A stretch of 64,000 nt of DNA, taken from NCBI GenBank assembly GCA_016201505.1, contig JACQCQ010000009.1, positions 65,991-129,990 on the forward strand, written 5' to 3'. Every line of letters starts with the position of its first letter. Within the stretch, counting starts at the first letter, position 1. Below the pieces are notes generated by a model, which saw only the letters and a list, made by a program, of their open reading frames with translations, was not told the origin of the DNA and ran no database searches. Both the position numbers and the translations under genes were made by a program. The DNA comes from Candidatus Sungiibacteriota bacterium. Lineage in GTDB: Bacteria; Patescibacteriota; Minisyncoccia; Sungbacterales; JACQCQ01. Positions 1 to 10,718 of the stretch are shown here, piece by piece.

Positions 1-279
1 TTCCATAAGTGCGCTCCTTTCTGAACCCCGGATATTACTTCTGCTTCTTCTTGCCGGAGCCGGCGCCGATCGCCATCTGGCGATTCTCCCCAGCTCGCCG
101 CACTCGGTTCGCGAGGTAGCGCTGCTTCCGAGCCCGCTCGATGGCGAGCCGGGCATTCTCGGCATTTTTCTGTGATCTCTTCAAATGCTGTAGTATGGCA
201 AGTAATAAATAAGTGCCTTACCTAAGCCAATAAATGAGCATTTTAGCTTAATCCTGATTTAGCCTTATAAGACTAACCC

Positions 280-307
280 AAATCGCCCCGCTCCTGCGGG
301 GCGATTT
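280..307. terminator. GC-rich perfect hairpin downstream of the hppA 3' end (possible bidirectional terminator)
   Basis: aaatcgccccgc/tcct/gcggggcgattt is a 12-bp perfect stem. There is no strong T-run on either side. Confidence 0.4.
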
Positions 308-330
308 GCAATCCTGTTCTGGTTTTAGGT

Positions 331-2328
331 TTATAAAACGCGAACGAGCAGCAAAGCGACGATATTTACTATTTTTATCATCGGGTTAATCGCGGGGCCG
401 GCGGTATCTTTGTAGGGATCGCCCACGGTGTCGCCGGTAACCGCCGCCTGATGGGCCGGAGATTTTTTGCCGCCGTAATTGCCTTCTTCAATATATTTTT
501 TGGCGTTGTCCCAGGCGGCTCCGCCGGCGGTCATGGAAAGCGCCACAAAGAGTCCTGTCAACAGCGTCCCCACTAATATTCCGCCAATAATCTCGGCGGC
601 GTGCCCTCTAAAAATGAGAAGCGCCAACACCGGCACCACCACCGGAATTAACGCCGGAATAATCATCTCGCGAATGGCGGATTTGGTTACAATATCAACC
701 GCGCGCGCATAATTCGGTTTGGCAGTGCCCTCTAAAATACCTTTAATTTCACGGAATTGAGCCCGTACTTCTTCAACAACTTGGCCTGCGGCTTTGCCCA
801 CGGCGCGCATGGCGATTGAAGCAAAAAGATAGGGCATCATGCCGCCAACAAAAAGACCCGCTAATATGTAAGGATTCGAAAGATCAAAGGTGACAAGTTT
901 TCCCGCGATTTTTAGTTCCTCGGTATATGAAGCAAATAAAACCAGCGCCGCCAGTCCGGCCGAAGCGATGGCGTAGCCCTTGGTAATGGCCTTTGTGGTA
1001 TTTCCCACGGCGTCTAACGGATCAGTTACGGCGCGGACTTCTTCAGAGAGTCCCGCCATCTCGGCGATGCCGCCGGCGTTATCGGTGATCGGCCCGAATG
1101 AATCAATGGCGACAATAATTCCGGCGAGCGAAAGCATAGAAACCGCTGCGGTTGCGATTCCGTAAAGGCCAAAAAGCCAGTAAGCCGAGATCATGCCGGC
1201 TGAAATGGCGAGCGCCGGAATCGCGGTCGCCTCCATCGACATGGCCAGGCCCATGATCATGTTTGTCGCATGTCCCGTGGTTGAGGCGCGCGCGATATTT
1301 CTCACCGGCCGGAATTTTTTTGAAGTATAGTATTCGGTTGCGAGCATCATGACGGTGGTAACCAAAAATCCAATGATGCCGGACCAGAAGACATGCATAC
1401 TATCCGGTCCTTGGAAGAATTTGGTCGTCAACGGATAAAGAAAAATGGCAGAAATTATGGCTGAAGCTATGAGTCCTTTATATAAACCGCCCATGATCGA
1501 GCCGCCATCGCGGACGCGAACAAAGAAGTTTCCAATGATTGAGCCGACGATCGCGAGAGACCCAATCATCAGGGGAAACAAAACCATTTTTTCATTGCCG
1601 GGGAAGATGAGCGAGCCGAGTAACATAGCGGCGATAGTTGTTACGGCATAGGTTTCAAATAAATCGGCCGCCATGCCCGCCACGTCGCCCACATTGTCGC
1701 CGACGTTATCCGCAATCACCGCCGGATTTCTGGGGTCGTCTTCCGGAATGCCGGATTCGATTTTTCCGACAAGATCCGCGCCGACGTCAGCGCCTTTCGT
1801 AAATATCCCGCCGCCAAGCCGCGCAAAAATAGAAATTAAGGAGCCGCCAAATCCCAGTCCGATAAGTGCCGTTAGATCACTCGTAAAAAAATAAAAAATG
1901 GAGACGGCAAGTAGGGCGAGCCCCACCACCAAAAATCCCGTGACTGATCCGCCCCGATAGGCGACGCTGAAGGCTTTGGAAAGGCCGGACTTTGCGGCCT
2001 CGGCGGTGCGCGAGTTCGTATCGACCGCCGTCATCATGCCCGAATATCCGGCCAGTGCGGAGGCCACCGCGCCGATTAAAAATCCGATGGCCGTGGTTTT
2101 CCCCAGTAAAAACCAAATAATGACGGCAATCAAAACGGCGACCCAGGCGACCGTGGTATTCTGCCTTCGTAAATAGGCACGCGATCCCTCCTTAATCGCA
2201 TTTGAAATTTCAATCATCTTCGCCTCGCCTTTGGAATACTTTGAGAGCGAGTACATGGTGTAGAGCGCAAATGCCACCGAAATGAGGGCCGCGACAATCG
2301 GCGTAAAAATGGAGATTGATGAAATCAT
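331..2328 (-). CDS. hppA: Membrane-bound H+-translocating pyrophosphatase (V-PPase)
   Basis: 665 aa with many TMs. Motifs [26 protein letters not shown] and [14 protein letters not shown] are diagnostic of the family. Confidence 0.95.
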   Translation of the reverse strand: MISSISIFTPIVAALISVAFALYTMYSLSKYSKGEAKMIEISNAIKEGSRAYLRRQNTTVAWVAVLIAVIIWFLLGKTTAIGFLIGAVASALAGYSGMMTAVDTNSRTAEAAKSGLSKAFSVAYRGGSVTGFLVVGLALLAVSIFYFFTSDLTALIGLGFGGSLISIFARLGGGIFTKGADVGADLVGKIESGIPEDDPRNPAVIADNVGDNVGDVAGMAADLFETYAVTTIAAMLLGSLIFPGNEKMVLFPLMIGSLAIVGSIIGNFFVRVRDGGSIMGGLYKGLIASAIISAIFLYPLTTKFFQGPDSMHVFWSGIIGFLVTTVMMLATEYYTSKKFRPVRNIARASTTGHATNMIMGLAMSMEATAIPALAISAGMISAYWLFGLYGIATAAVSMLSLAGIIVAIDSFGPITDNAGGIAEMAGLSEEVRAVTDPLDAVGNTTKAITKGYAIASAGLAALVLFASYTEELKIAGKLVTFDLSNPYILAGLFVGGMMPYLFASIAMRAVGKAAGQVVEEVRAQFREIKGILEGTAKPNYARAVDIVTKSAIREMIIPALIPVVVPVLALLIFRGHAAEIIGGILVGTLLTGLFVALSMTAGGAAWDNAKKYIEEGNYGGKKSPAHQAAVTGDTVGDPYKDTAGPAINPMIKIVNIVALLLVRVL

Positions 2329-2384
2329 GTTGGTTAGGGATTAGGAAATAGGAAATGGGTAATAGGGAATGGGTAATAGAACGG

Positions 2385-3797
2385 TTACTCGGTTTTTGCT
2401 TTTTTGGCTCGTGGTTTTCTCGGCTTTTTCTTGACTGCCGGTTCATCAGGTTTAGTTTCTGTTCCATTTGACTCCTGCTTCATAATTCCCAGTTCTTTCG
2501 TTTCGTCTGGCTCCATCGAATTTACCACCGCTGAGTCTACTGTCCCGCTAACAACTGGCTCATCTTTATTGCCTATTGCCTTTTCCCCATTCCCCGTGTC
2601 CGGTTTATCAGACCTGACGTCGATTTTCCAGCCGGTGAGTTTGGCGGCGAGGCGCACATTCTGTCCGCCCTTGCCGATGGCGAGCGAGAGCTGATCATCG
2701 GGCACGATGGCTCGGGCTTCGCGGGTTTCCACCTGAGTTTGCACCTCGATTACTTTCGCCGGCGAGAGCGCGTGCGAAATAAAGGCCGCGGGATCCTCCG
2801 CCCATTCGATGATGTCAATTTTTTCTCCGTTTAATTCGTGAATCACAGTTGAAACGCGCACGCCTTTTTGGCCGACCATGGAACCGACCGGATCAATACC
2901 GTCCTGGTTTGAGGAGACGGCAACTTTTGACCGTGACCCAGCTTCGCGCGCGATCATTTTAATTTCAACACTGCCCGAAGCAATTTCGGGCACTTCAATT
3001 TCAAATAGTTTTTTAACCAGTCTCGGGTGAGACCGTGAGACGATAATGCCCGGCCCTTTGGGGTTTTTCTCAACCGAGATGATTAAGACCTTAATCCGCT
3101 CGCCTAAGTGATAGCGATCGATCATAACCTGCTCTTCGGCGGGGAGGAGGGCGGTGGTGCGCCCGATGTCAATAAAAATATTTCGTCCCTCGATGCGCTG
3201 AACGAGGCCGGAAATCAATTCGCCCGCATGATCTTTGTATTCGTTATACACTGCTTCACGTTCGGCCTCGCGGATTCTTTGGATGATGACTTGTTTGGCG
3301 GTTTGCGCCGCAATGCGGCCGAAATCTTCTTTGAACTCAAGCGGGAACTCGATTTCATCGCCCGGGGCGGCGTCTTTTTTAAACTCTTTGGCCTCATCGG
3401 CCATTAAATGCTTCTCCGGATTATAGCGGACTTTTCGCTCCGCGCCCGGAATCTCGGCGTCATCGTCATCGTGCAGTATGCGGCGTTCGCCTCGCCCGGC
3501 ATCGCCTAGGGCTCGTCCAGCCTCCGTCATGCGGTCGGCTCGTTCTTTCTCTTCGGCCTCGATTTCGGCATCGGATTTCAGCATCGACTGATCAACCACG
3601 ATTTTGATCTGGCGCATTATAACGTCGCCGGTCGTCGCGTTAAATGCGGCGCGAATAATCTGGCCCTTCTTGCCGTAGTCTTTTTTGTAGGCCGCGGCCA
3701 GAGCCATTTCAATGGTCTCGATAACCTTCGCCTCGGGTATGCCTTTTTCTTCGGCAATCTGCTGGATGGCTGAAGAAAATTGTTTTAGGTCGATCAT
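2385..3797 (-). CDS. nusA: Transcription termination/antitermination factor NusA with Lys-rich C-terminal tail
   Basis: S1 and KH domains (VIIQRIREAEREAVYNEYKDHAGELISGLV; GPGIIVSRSHPRLV). The ATG at 3797 gives a canonical N-terminus MIDLKQFSSAI. The ORF-track start at 3872 is a TTG extension. Confidence 0.9.
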   Translation of the reverse strand: MIDLKQFSSAIQQIAEEKGIPEAKVIETIEMALAAAYKKDYGKKGQIIRAAFNATTGDVIMRQIKIVVDQSMLKSDAEIEAEEKERADRMTEAGRALGDAGRGERRILHDDDDAEIPGAERKVRYNPEKHLMADEAKEFKKDAAPGDEIEFPLEFKEDFGRIAAQTAKQVIIQRIREAEREAVYNEYKDHAGELISGLVQRIEGRNIFIDIGRTTALLPAEEQVMIDRYHLGERIKVLIISVEKNPKGPGIIVSRSHPRLVKKLFEIEVPEIASGSVEIKMIAREAGSRSKVAVSSNQDGIDPVGSMVGQKGVRVSTVIHELNGEKIDIIEWAEDPAAFISHALSPAKVIEVQTQVETREARAIVPDDQLSLAIGKGGQNVRLAAKLTGWKIDVRSDKPDTGNGEKAIGNKDEPVVSGTVDSAVVNSMEPDETKELGIMKQESNGTETKPDEPAVKKKPRKPRAKKAKTE

Positions 3798-3882
3798 GCC
3801 GGTGTTGTCTAAATTATAGAGTGAGCGTGTCGAGCGAATAGAATTTAGCTGCAACACTGAGCACCCGCCCAAATTTTTTGAA

Positions 3883-4176
3883 TTAGCGATCTTTTAATGA
3901 ATTTTGTAGGACCTTTTGTAAATAATTTCTTCCCCACCCGCTTTTAAAAAACTTTTCACGATGCATGGCGCCCTTTCGATTCCGGTGTAACTCACAATAA
4001 ATCAATTCAAGAGGCCGTCTGTTCTTTGTTGCGGGAACATGGCCTTTTTGATGTTCGATTACTCGAGCTTTCAGATCATGCGCGTACCCAACATACAGAT
4101 TTAGATCCTTTTTGCTTCGCAGAACGTAAACGCCATGCATACTTTCAAAAAATTTGGGCGGGTTTAGGTTTGGCAA
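3883..4176 (-). CDS. GIY-YIG nuclease-domain small protein (UPF0213-like)
   Basis: GVYVLRS...LYVGYAHDLKARVIEHQKG. The likely start is the Met at 4140. It is a paralogue of 18303-18560 and 54363-54602. Confidence 0.8.
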   Translation of the reverse strand: MPNLNPPKFFESMHGVYVLRSKKDLNLYVGYAHDLKARVIEHQKGHVPATKNRRPLELIYCELHRNRKGAMHREKFFKSGWGRNYLQKVLQNSLKDR

Positions 4177-4623
4177 CTACACTTTGTTCGTCTTTCGACT
4201 CCAAACTGTAGGCCAAGCCCTTAATGAGGAAAGACCCCATCCCTGGGGTCCTCTCTGTTTGCCATTTGGCATTGCACCTTTCACTATAGCACCCCGTGCC
4301 CCGCTGTCAACTGCGACTCACGTCGAGTCCGGTTAATATAGAGCTAAACCCATTTCTATTCTCCCCAATGAAACACATCTCTAATTCCTGCCTGCGCTCC
4401 GTCGGCCATAGCCTTTGGCGACGTGCGACCGGCCGGCAGGCGCGCGAATAGTAGAGTATAGACATCTTTGGGGTACTTTTGGAATATCTGCGCAGGAATT
4501 TTGAGCTATTTGAGAAAGCGTTAGGGGCGGCAGATTATTTGCCTTATCTCATCCCCAATGCGTTGAGCTTTCCTATGATAGAATGAATAGTAATCGCGAA
4601 TATACGAATTTACACAAAATATA

Positions 4624-4655
4624 CCAATATACGAATATGCGAATTCGTATATTGG
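4624..4655. promoter_or_regulatory. 32-bp palindrome 10 bp upstream of the pilB start; candidate operator
   Basis: ccaatatacgaat-atgcga-attcgtatattgg has perfect 13-bp arms. Related ATACGAAT motifs lie just upstream. Confidence 0.35.
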
Positions 4656-4665
4656 TGATTGCTCC

Positions 4666-6420
4666 ATGCCTTTAATCCACGACAATCAATTAAAAGCTCT
4701 TCTAAAGGACACAAATGTGGTCTCCGCCGAGCTTTTGACTGCCGCCGAAAAGGAATCAAAGTCGAAAGGTACGCGCCTCCGCGATGTGCTGCTGCATAAC
4801 AGCATGATTAAGGAGGAGGAACTGCATCGGCTGGAGGCTTATATTTTGGGTATCCCTTATGTTGATCTCGAAAAAGAAACGATTGATCCGCAGGTTTTGA
4901 ATATCATCCCCGAGCCGATTGCCAAAAAGAACAACATCGTCGCCTATAAAAAAGCCGGGAAGGATCTGGAGGTCGCCATGCTCGATCCGGAGGATATTCA
5001 GACGATCGAGTTCATTAAAAAGAAAGCCGGGCTGCGGATTTTGCCGCGACTTACGAACGCCGTTTCTATTAAGAATGTGCTTCTGCAGTATCAAAAATCG
5101 CTGGCAGCGGAATTTTCCGAGCTGATTTCAAAAGATACGGCGGAAGCCTTGACGGTCGCGGGAGAGACGGGGAAACCGATTGATGATAAGGATTTGCAGA
5201 AAATGGCCGAAGATCTGCCGATTATTCGGATTGTCGACTCTATTATTCGGCATGCGATTTTAAGCCAAGCCTCGGATATTCACATTGAGCCGGCGGAAAA
5301 AGAAGTTATTGTGCGCTATCGGATTGACGGTATTTTGCATGACGAGATGAAATTGCCGAGAGAAACCGCAGCCGGGGTGGCGGCACGCATTAAAGTTATG
5401 GCGAACTTAAAATTAGATGAGCATCGGCTGCCACAGGACGGACGATTTAAAATCGAAACGTCTGAATATAAGTTTTCATTCCGCGTCTCGGTTCTGCCGG
5501 TTTTTGATGGTGAGAAAATTGTGGTGCGTCTATTGCCAGAAGGCGCGCATAGCCTTTCACTTGAGCAGCTCGGATTTTTTGGCGTGGGGCTGGAACGCAT
5601 CCATAAGGCGATTGTAAAACCCACCGGCATTATCTTGGCAACTGGTCCCACGGGCTCCGGCAAAACAACGACGCTCTACACTATTTTGGATATCTTAAAT
5701 CAGCCGGGCGTTAATATTTCAACCATTGAAGATCCGGTGGAGTACCGCATGCCAAGAGTCAATCAAACGCAGGTGCGCCCCGATATCGGCCTCACCTTTG
5801 CCACAGGACTCCGCTCACTGTTGCGCCAAGATCCGAATATCATTATGGTCGGCGAGATTCGCGACAACGAGACGGCAAATCTTGCGATTAACGCGGCTCT
5901 CACCGGACACCTAGTGCTTTCAACACTCCACACCAATTCCGCCGCCGGCTCGCTGCCGCGGCTGCTTGATATGAAAATTGAGCCGTTTTTAATTGCTTCC
6001 ACCGTAAACGCCATTATTGCCCAACGGCTTGTCAGAACACTGACTGAAGAAAAAGAAATGCGGGTTTTAACCTCGGCCGAAATAAACGCGCTTTCGAAGC
6101 AGGTCGATCTTGAGAAAATTCTCGACAAGCTGAAAGAAGAGAAAATTATCGATAAAAAAACGAATCTCGACTCGCAGAAGTGGGGATTTCCTAAGCCTTC
6201 GGAAAAATCGAAAGACGGCTACAAGGGGCGCATTGGTATTCATGAGGTTTTGGACATGAGTCTTGCGATTAAAGATCTTATTCTAAAAAATTCAACCTCT
6301 GATCAAATCGAAGAAGAGGCCCGAAAAGAAGGCATGCTGACCATGCTCGAAGACGGATTTATTAAAGCCGCGCAGGGAATTACGAGTGTTGAGGAAGTAT
6401 TGAGAGTTACGAGTGAATGA
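4666..6420 (+). CDS. pilB: Type IV pilus assembly ATPase PilB (GspE family)
   Basis: 584 aa. N-terminal GspII_E domain, Walker A ILATGPTGSGKTTTLY, and Asp/His boxes. Confidence 0.95.
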   Translation: MPLIHDNQLKALLKDTNVVSAELLTAAEKESKSKGTRLRDVLLHNSMIKEEELHRLEAYILGIPYVDLEKETIDPQVLNIIPEPIAKKNNIVAYKKAGKDLEVAMLDPEDIQTIEFIKKKAGLRILPRLTNAVSIKNVLLQYQKSLAAEFSELISKDTAEALTVAGETGKPIDDKDLQKMAEDLPIIRIVDSIIRHAILSQASDIHIEPAEKEVIVRYRIDGILHDEMKLPRETAAGVAARIKVMANLKLDEHRLPQDGRFKIETSEYKFSFRVSVLPVFDGEKIVVRLLPEGAHSLSLEQLGFFGVGLERIHKAIVKPTGIILATGPTGSGKTTTLYTILDILNQPGVNISTIEDPVEYRMPRVNQTQVRPDIGLTFATGLRSLLRQDPNIIMVGEIRDNETANLAINAALTGHLVLSTLHTNSAAGSLPRLLDMKIEPFLIASTVNAIIAQRLVRTLTEEKEMRVLTSAEINALSKQVDLEKILDKLKEEKIIDKKTNLDSQKWGFPKPSEKSKDGYKGRIGIHEVLDMSLAIKDLILKNSTSDQIEEEARKEGMLTMLEDGFIKAAQGITSVEEVLRVTSE

Positions 6421-6501
6421 AAAATATAATTTCTAATGTCTAAATAACCTAATAAAAATAAAGTTTAGAAATTAGAAATTTAGGTTTAGAAATTTATTAT
6501 C

Positions 6502-7713
6502 ATGTTGTACCATTTCACCGCCATCGATCGCGCGGGAGCGACCATTAAGGGGGAGCGCGAGACTGAAGACGAAAAAACCTTAGCCAAAGTTCTGCGCCAG
6601 GAAGGGCTGCTACTCACTGCGGCCAAAACAGGCCGCAGATCGTTTTCCCCTTTTGCGATTTTTACGATGTCGTTTGGCGGGATATCGCTCGTCGACAAAA
6701 TGATTTTTGCTCGAAATGTAGCGGTTATGGTTGGTGCCGGACTTTCCATGACCCGAGCCTTGGAAGCCCTGGCAGAGCAGACGAAAAAGCAAAAGTTAAA
6801 AAGCATCATTCAGGACGTGCATGAAAGCATTACGAAAGGCATTAACTTTTCGCAAGCCTTGGGACCACATCAGAAAGTTTTTGGTGATTTCTTCATTCAT
6901 ATGATTGAAGCCGGCGAAGTTTCGGGAAAATTCGAAGGCTCGTTAAAGTTGCTCGCGAGACAAATGAAACGTGACCATGATCTGCGCTCCAAAGTAAAAA
7001 GCGCCATGATGTATCCGGCTATTGTCGCCTCGGTCCTCGTCTTAATCGGGATTATGATGCTGATCTTCGTGGTACCAACGCTGACCCAGACATTTAAAGA
7101 CCTGAAAGTGACGCTCCCGCCGACGACCCAATTTATTCTTTGGCTTTCGTCATTTATGCAGCAGTATGCCTTGCTGACGGGCGCTGGTTTTATCGTTTTC
7201 GCCTTTCTTTTTTATCGGGCGGTCAAGTCCCGAGCCGGCAGTTGGGTTTTTGACAGAATAATTCTCCACGTCCCCGTGATTGGGCCCTTAGTTCAAAAAA
7301 TGAACATCACACGAATGGCGAGAACGCTCGCCTCGCTTTCCTCGGCTGGTCTTTCGATCACGAAATCACTTGATATTACGGAGCGCGTTCTCGGCAATTC
7401 ACAATTCAAGGCCTCCATGCGCCAAGCCACGATCGAAATCGAAAAAGGTAAGCCCCTTGCGGTTGTCTTTAAGGAGTATCCGAAACTCTATCCGCCGATC
7501 GTGGTTGAAATGGTCGCGGTCGGCGAGGAAACCGGGACGTTGGCGCGTATGCTTGTCCGCGTTGCCCTATTCTATGAAGAAGAAGTCAACACGACCACCA
7601 AAAATCTTTCTTCCATCGTCGAGCCAGTGATGATGGTCATCATCGGCGTCATCGTCGGATTCTTTGCGATCTCCATGATCCAGCCGCTCTATTCATCGCT
7701 GTCCCAAGTTTAA
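6502..7713 (+). CDS. pilC: Type IV pilus inner-membrane platform protein PilC (GspF family)
   Basis: 403 aa with two T2SF domains and 3 TM segments. Confidence 0.9.
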   Translation: MLYHFTAIDRAGATIKGERETEDEKTLAKVLRQEGLLLTAAKTGRRSFSPFAIFTMSFGGISLVDKMIFARNVAVMVGAGLSMTRALEALAEQTKKQKLKSIIQDVHESITKGINFSQALGPHQKVFGDFFIHMIEAGEVSGKFEGSLKLLARQMKRDHDLRSKVKSAMMYPAIVASVLVLIGIMMLIFVVPTLTQTFKDLKVTLPPTTQFILWLSSFMQQYALLTGAGFIVFAFLFYRAVKSRAGSWVFDRIILHVPVIGPLVQKMNITRMARTLASLSSAGLSITKSLDITERVLGNSQFKASMRQATIEIEKGKPLAVVFKEYPKLYPPIVVEMVAVGEETGTLARMLVRVALFYEEEVNTTTKNLSSIVEPVMMVIIGVIVGFFAISMIQPLYSSLSQV

Positions 7714-7714
7714 T

Positions 7715-8830
7715 ATGCTAAATCCACTGCGCCTCGTTCATCCACTGGCTAAACGATTTCTCGACGTGCCGGTCGTCGGTCTTGATATTTCTGATCGATC
7801 GGTCAAGTTCATAAAATTCTCGGGACGCGGACGGCACCTTCGAGTAGAACAGCTGGGTATTGAATTTCTGCCGGAGGAGGTGGTGCAAAACGGAGAAATA
7901 AAAAACCCGGAAGAATTGGTGAAGGGCATCGAGGCACTCGGTATTAAGAGTTCCGGAGTTCTCCGCGAGCGGTTTGTGGTTGCGGCTCTGCCGGAGGAGA
8001 AAAGTTTTTTGCGTATCATTCAGGTGCCGTTTGTAAAATTAGAACAGATTGATTCAACCGTCCGCTGGGAGTTAGAGGGCAATATTCCCTTGCCGCCGGA
8101 AGAAGTTTATTTTGATTACGAAGTCATCCGGGGCGAAAAAGTTTCAGGCACGCATTTTGACGTTTTGATTATTGCCTTCCCTCGCGCCATTGTTGATGCC
8201 TATGTTTCGGTCATTAAGGCCGCCGGGTTAATTCCTTTAGCGTTTGAACTTGAATCCCAGTCGATCGCCCGTGCTTTAATCAATCGGCTCGATCCAGAAC
8301 AACCGAAGGTTTTTGTTGATTTCGGCGCTTCGCGGACGAGCCTCGTCTTAATCGGCAGCGGCTCGATTGCGCTGACCTCGACCATCGCGGTCTCGGGCGT
8401 TAAGCTGACCGAAGCTATAGCGAAAGCTCTGGGTGTATCGGTCCAAAAAGCTGATGAAATAAAACGAACCGTCGGACTCCGTGAAGATTTGTATGAAGGC
8501 AAGGTTTATGAGGCACTAAAACCGATGGTTGATATACTGGCTGAAGAAATTGGGAAAAATATTGAATTTTACCGTGATCATTTCGTTGAGCATCATCACG
8601 GGCAAACAGCCAGCTCGGATGTTGAGTCAGTCGTATTCACGGGGGGGGACTCGAGCCTCACGAATCTCGATGCCTATCTCGCACGAGCGCTCAAAAAACC
8701 AGTTTTGATTGCCGATTCATTCACGGCCTTAAAAGGCCTGTTAGGCGACTATCTTCCGCCGATTTCACGAAAAGATGCGCTTAAATTTACGACGGCCATT
8801 GGACTCGCACTGCGCGAGACCGATGTCTGA
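7715..8830 (+). CDS. pilM: Type IV pilus assembly protein PilM (actin-like ATPase fold)
   Basis: VVGLDISDRSVKFIKF start, FtsA/PilM architecture, and a 1-nt gap after pilC. Confidence 0.85.
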   Translation: MLNPLRLVHPLAKRFLDVPVVGLDISDRSVKFIKFSGRGRHLRVEQLGIEFLPEEVVQNGEIKNPEELVKGIEALGIKSSGVLRERFVVAALPEEKSFLRIIQVPFVKLEQIDSTVRWELEGNIPLPPEEVYFDYEVIRGEKVSGTHFDVLIIAFPRAIVDAYVSVIKAAGLIPLAFELESQSIARALINRLDPEQPKVFVDFGASRTSLVLIGSGSIALTSTIAVSGVKLTEAIAKALGVSVQKADEIKRTVGLREDLYEGKVYEALKPMVDILAEEIGKNIEFYRDHFVEHHHGQTASSDVESVVFTGGDSSLTNLDAYLARALKKPVLIADSFTALKGLLGDYLPPISRKDALKFTTAIGLALRETDV

Positions 8831-8934
8831 ATCCCGTTAGAGAATTCATAAGAGGCTCTAAGCAAAAATGAGTTACCTAATACATGGCGATATCAGAATT
8901 TATATGAGGTCAATAGTTAATTTTCTAACGGGAT
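8831..8934. repeat. MITE-like element with ATCCCGTTAGAGAATT / AATTTTCTAACGGGAT terminal inverted repeats, inserted exactly between the pilM stop and pilN start
   Basis: 16-bp TIRs with 1 mismatch. The pilN ATG lies inside the right TIR (ctaacgggATGaaa). Same family as 34644-34746, 52434-52538 and the tRNA-Ser flanks. Confidence 0.6.
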
Positions 8935-9475
8935 GAAAACCTTTCTGCCAAATTTGCTCCCGCCGTCCGTCAAAGATGAAACTCGATTCGTCATTGTTCG
9001 CCATTTGGCAGTCCGGCTTTCGATTGTCGCCGCCTGCGGCATCATCATGTATTCGGTTTTTTTGATACCCTCCTTTTTTCTGCTCAAATTCCAGTTGGAT
9101 GAGATCCAGCGTCAAGTCGCGCTCGTCGACGCCGACCCCAAAATGAACGAAGTCTCAGCCATTAATGGGGGACTCGTATCCGCCAATGCCAGCGTTTCGG
9201 CCCTGAAGAGAGCGCTGGCCACCAGCACTTCGGTCTATACCGCCATGGGAGCGGTCGCTTCGCAGGCAACCCCAGGTATTCATGTGCAGTTTATTTCCTA
9301 TGACCGGCCGACGAGAACCATGTCGCTTGCCGCAAACGCGGCCGTCCGCCAGGACTTGCTCGCTTTTCAGTCTCGTCTCGCGGCCCTCCCCGTTGTTTTG
9401 AAAATTGATTCGCCGATTACGAACTTAGTGAAAGAGAGTAACGTCGATTTTCAGCTAAAAATTAGTTTCAAATAG
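8933..9475 (+). CDS. pilN: PilN-like bitopic pilus assembly protein
   Basis: Short cytoplasmic N-terminus, one TM, periplasmic coiled-coil. Position after pilM. Confidence 0.6.
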   Translation: MKTFLPNLLPPSVKDETRFVIVRHLAVRLSIVAACGIIMYSVFLIPSFFLLKFQLDEIQRQVALVDADPKMNEVSAINGGLVSANASVSALKRALATSTSVYTAMGAVASQATPGIHVQFISYDRPTRTMSLAANAAVRQDLLAFQSRLAALPVVLKIDSPITNLVKESNVDFQLKISFK

Positions 9476-9476
9476 C

Positions 9477-10043
9477 ATGCGCGGTTTAAAAGGCGCCATT
9501 ATTCAAATCATCTTGCTCATCGGAGGACTCGCCCTCTTTTGGTTTTTTGCGCCGTTTCAGATTATGAAAAACATTCACGGCTACGCCGCTGGCATTACTG
9601 CAGGACGGACTCATTTGGCTGTCGCCGGAGAAACGAGGCGCGATGCGTATATGAATAAGCAAAAATTAGACGCGCGATCAGATGATGTCAGCCGTGTTTC
9701 GGGAACCTTCTTCAGCCCGGCCTCGCCGCTTGATTTTATTGAGACATTAGAAAAGCTTGGGACTGCCACGCGGGCTAAGGTGACGATTGATCCGGTACAA
9801 GTTATTGCGCGTCCGCTTCCCGATATCCGCGTGACCATCCTTGGTGATATTCGCCAGGCTCTTGATTTTTTGCGTCTTGTTGAAAATGCTTCGAAGTTGA
9901 TGGAAATCGAGTCGCTGAACCTAAACACCTCCTCGGGTCCTTTGCTTGATTCCGGCTCCGGTGTGCTGGGCGCAAAAATTCCCGCTCGCACGAATCAAGC
10001 CGTAAACTTGATCGTCGTCGTTCGCGCCATAACAAAAAATTAA
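9477..10043 (+). CDS. pilO: PilO-like pilus assembly protein
   Basis: N-terminal TM plus a periplasmic domain. Synteny pilM-N-O. Confidence 0.55.
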   Translation: MRGLKGAIIQIILLIGGLALFWFFAPFQIMKNIHGYAAGITAGRTHLAVAGETRRDAYMNKQKLDARSDDVSRVSGTFFSPASPLDFIETLEKLGTATRAKVTIDPVQVIARPLPDIRVTILGDIRQALDFLRLVENASKLMEIESLNLNTSSGPLLDSGSGVLGAKIPARTNQAVNLIVVVRAITKN

Positions 10044-10044
10044 C

Positions 10045-10332
10045 ATGAAGTTCTTGCCCCATTTTTCTAAGAAAAAGTTTTCCCCGCCGCTGATTGATGT
10101 CGTGAGTTGCATACTGGTTTTGTTTCTCGCTCTCCTGATTTTCGGTTTGGGCTATGCCGCCAAACTTTATTTTTATGATTCGCGCACGGCTGCCGATATC
10201 ACCGAAACGGCCTATGCGCCCAAGATGCTCCAAGAAGCCGATCTAGATTCAGTAATTAAAGTACTTGATGCGCGCGCCGATGAGTTTGACGCCGGCATCA
10301 TAAATCCGGTTCTCGTCAACGTCTTCCGTTGA
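10045..10332 (+). CDS. Small membrane-anchored protein (PilP-like position)
   Basis: 95 aa with one TM, translationally coupled to pilO. Confidence 0.4.
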   Translation: MKFLPHFSKKKFSPPLIDVVSCILVLFLALLIFGLGYAAKLYFYDSRTAADITETAYAPKMLQEADLDSVIKVLDARADEFDAGIINPVLVNVFR

Positions 10333-10387
10333 TTTTTCCGAGAAAATCAGTAGAATTTGGATGATTGATTGGCTGATTATATTGATC

Positions 10388-10459
10388 CCCCTCGTAGTTC
10401 AATGGACAGAACGGGAGACTTCTAAGCTCTTGACCGAGGTTCGATTCCTCGCGAGGGGA
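10388..10459 (+). tRNA. tRNA-Arg (anticodon TCT)
   Basis: Acceptor CCCCTCG/CGAGGGG. D arm GTTC-AATGGACA-GAAC. Anticodon loop CTTCTAA. T arm CGAGG-TTCGATT-CCTCG. Discriminator A. There is one A31:G39 mismatch in the anticodon stem and a 4-nt variable loop. Confidence 0.6.
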
Positions 10460-10718
10460 CACTTTAGAAAAAGGCAAGCCAGAGGAAGCCGCCTCTCCGC
10501 CAACTGGTGGATCGGCGGCCAATTCGTATTGAATTTTGGGGGCAAAAACGAGTTGGCGGTTTCATTTGGGGGACGGAAAAATTTTTAATCATTTGAATTT
10601 TTGAAAAGAAGCTCATAAAGTTTCTTTTTTGTTTTTAGTATGGTATTGATTTTTGTAGCCGTCTTTGCTAGTTTATTTGTGGAACCCTAACAACCAAACA
10701 CAGAAAGGAGAGCTTTTT

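Noticed and set aside
479-2176. Multiple 60-80-aa ORFs antisense to hppA, and similar ones inside nusA, pilB and hisS
   Set aside because: They are embedded in strongly supported genes on the opposite strand and are typical shadow ORFs.
2385-3872. TTG-initiated 25-aa N-terminal extension of NusA
   Set aside because: The canonical NusA N-terminus begins at ATG 3797, and the extension has no conserved features.
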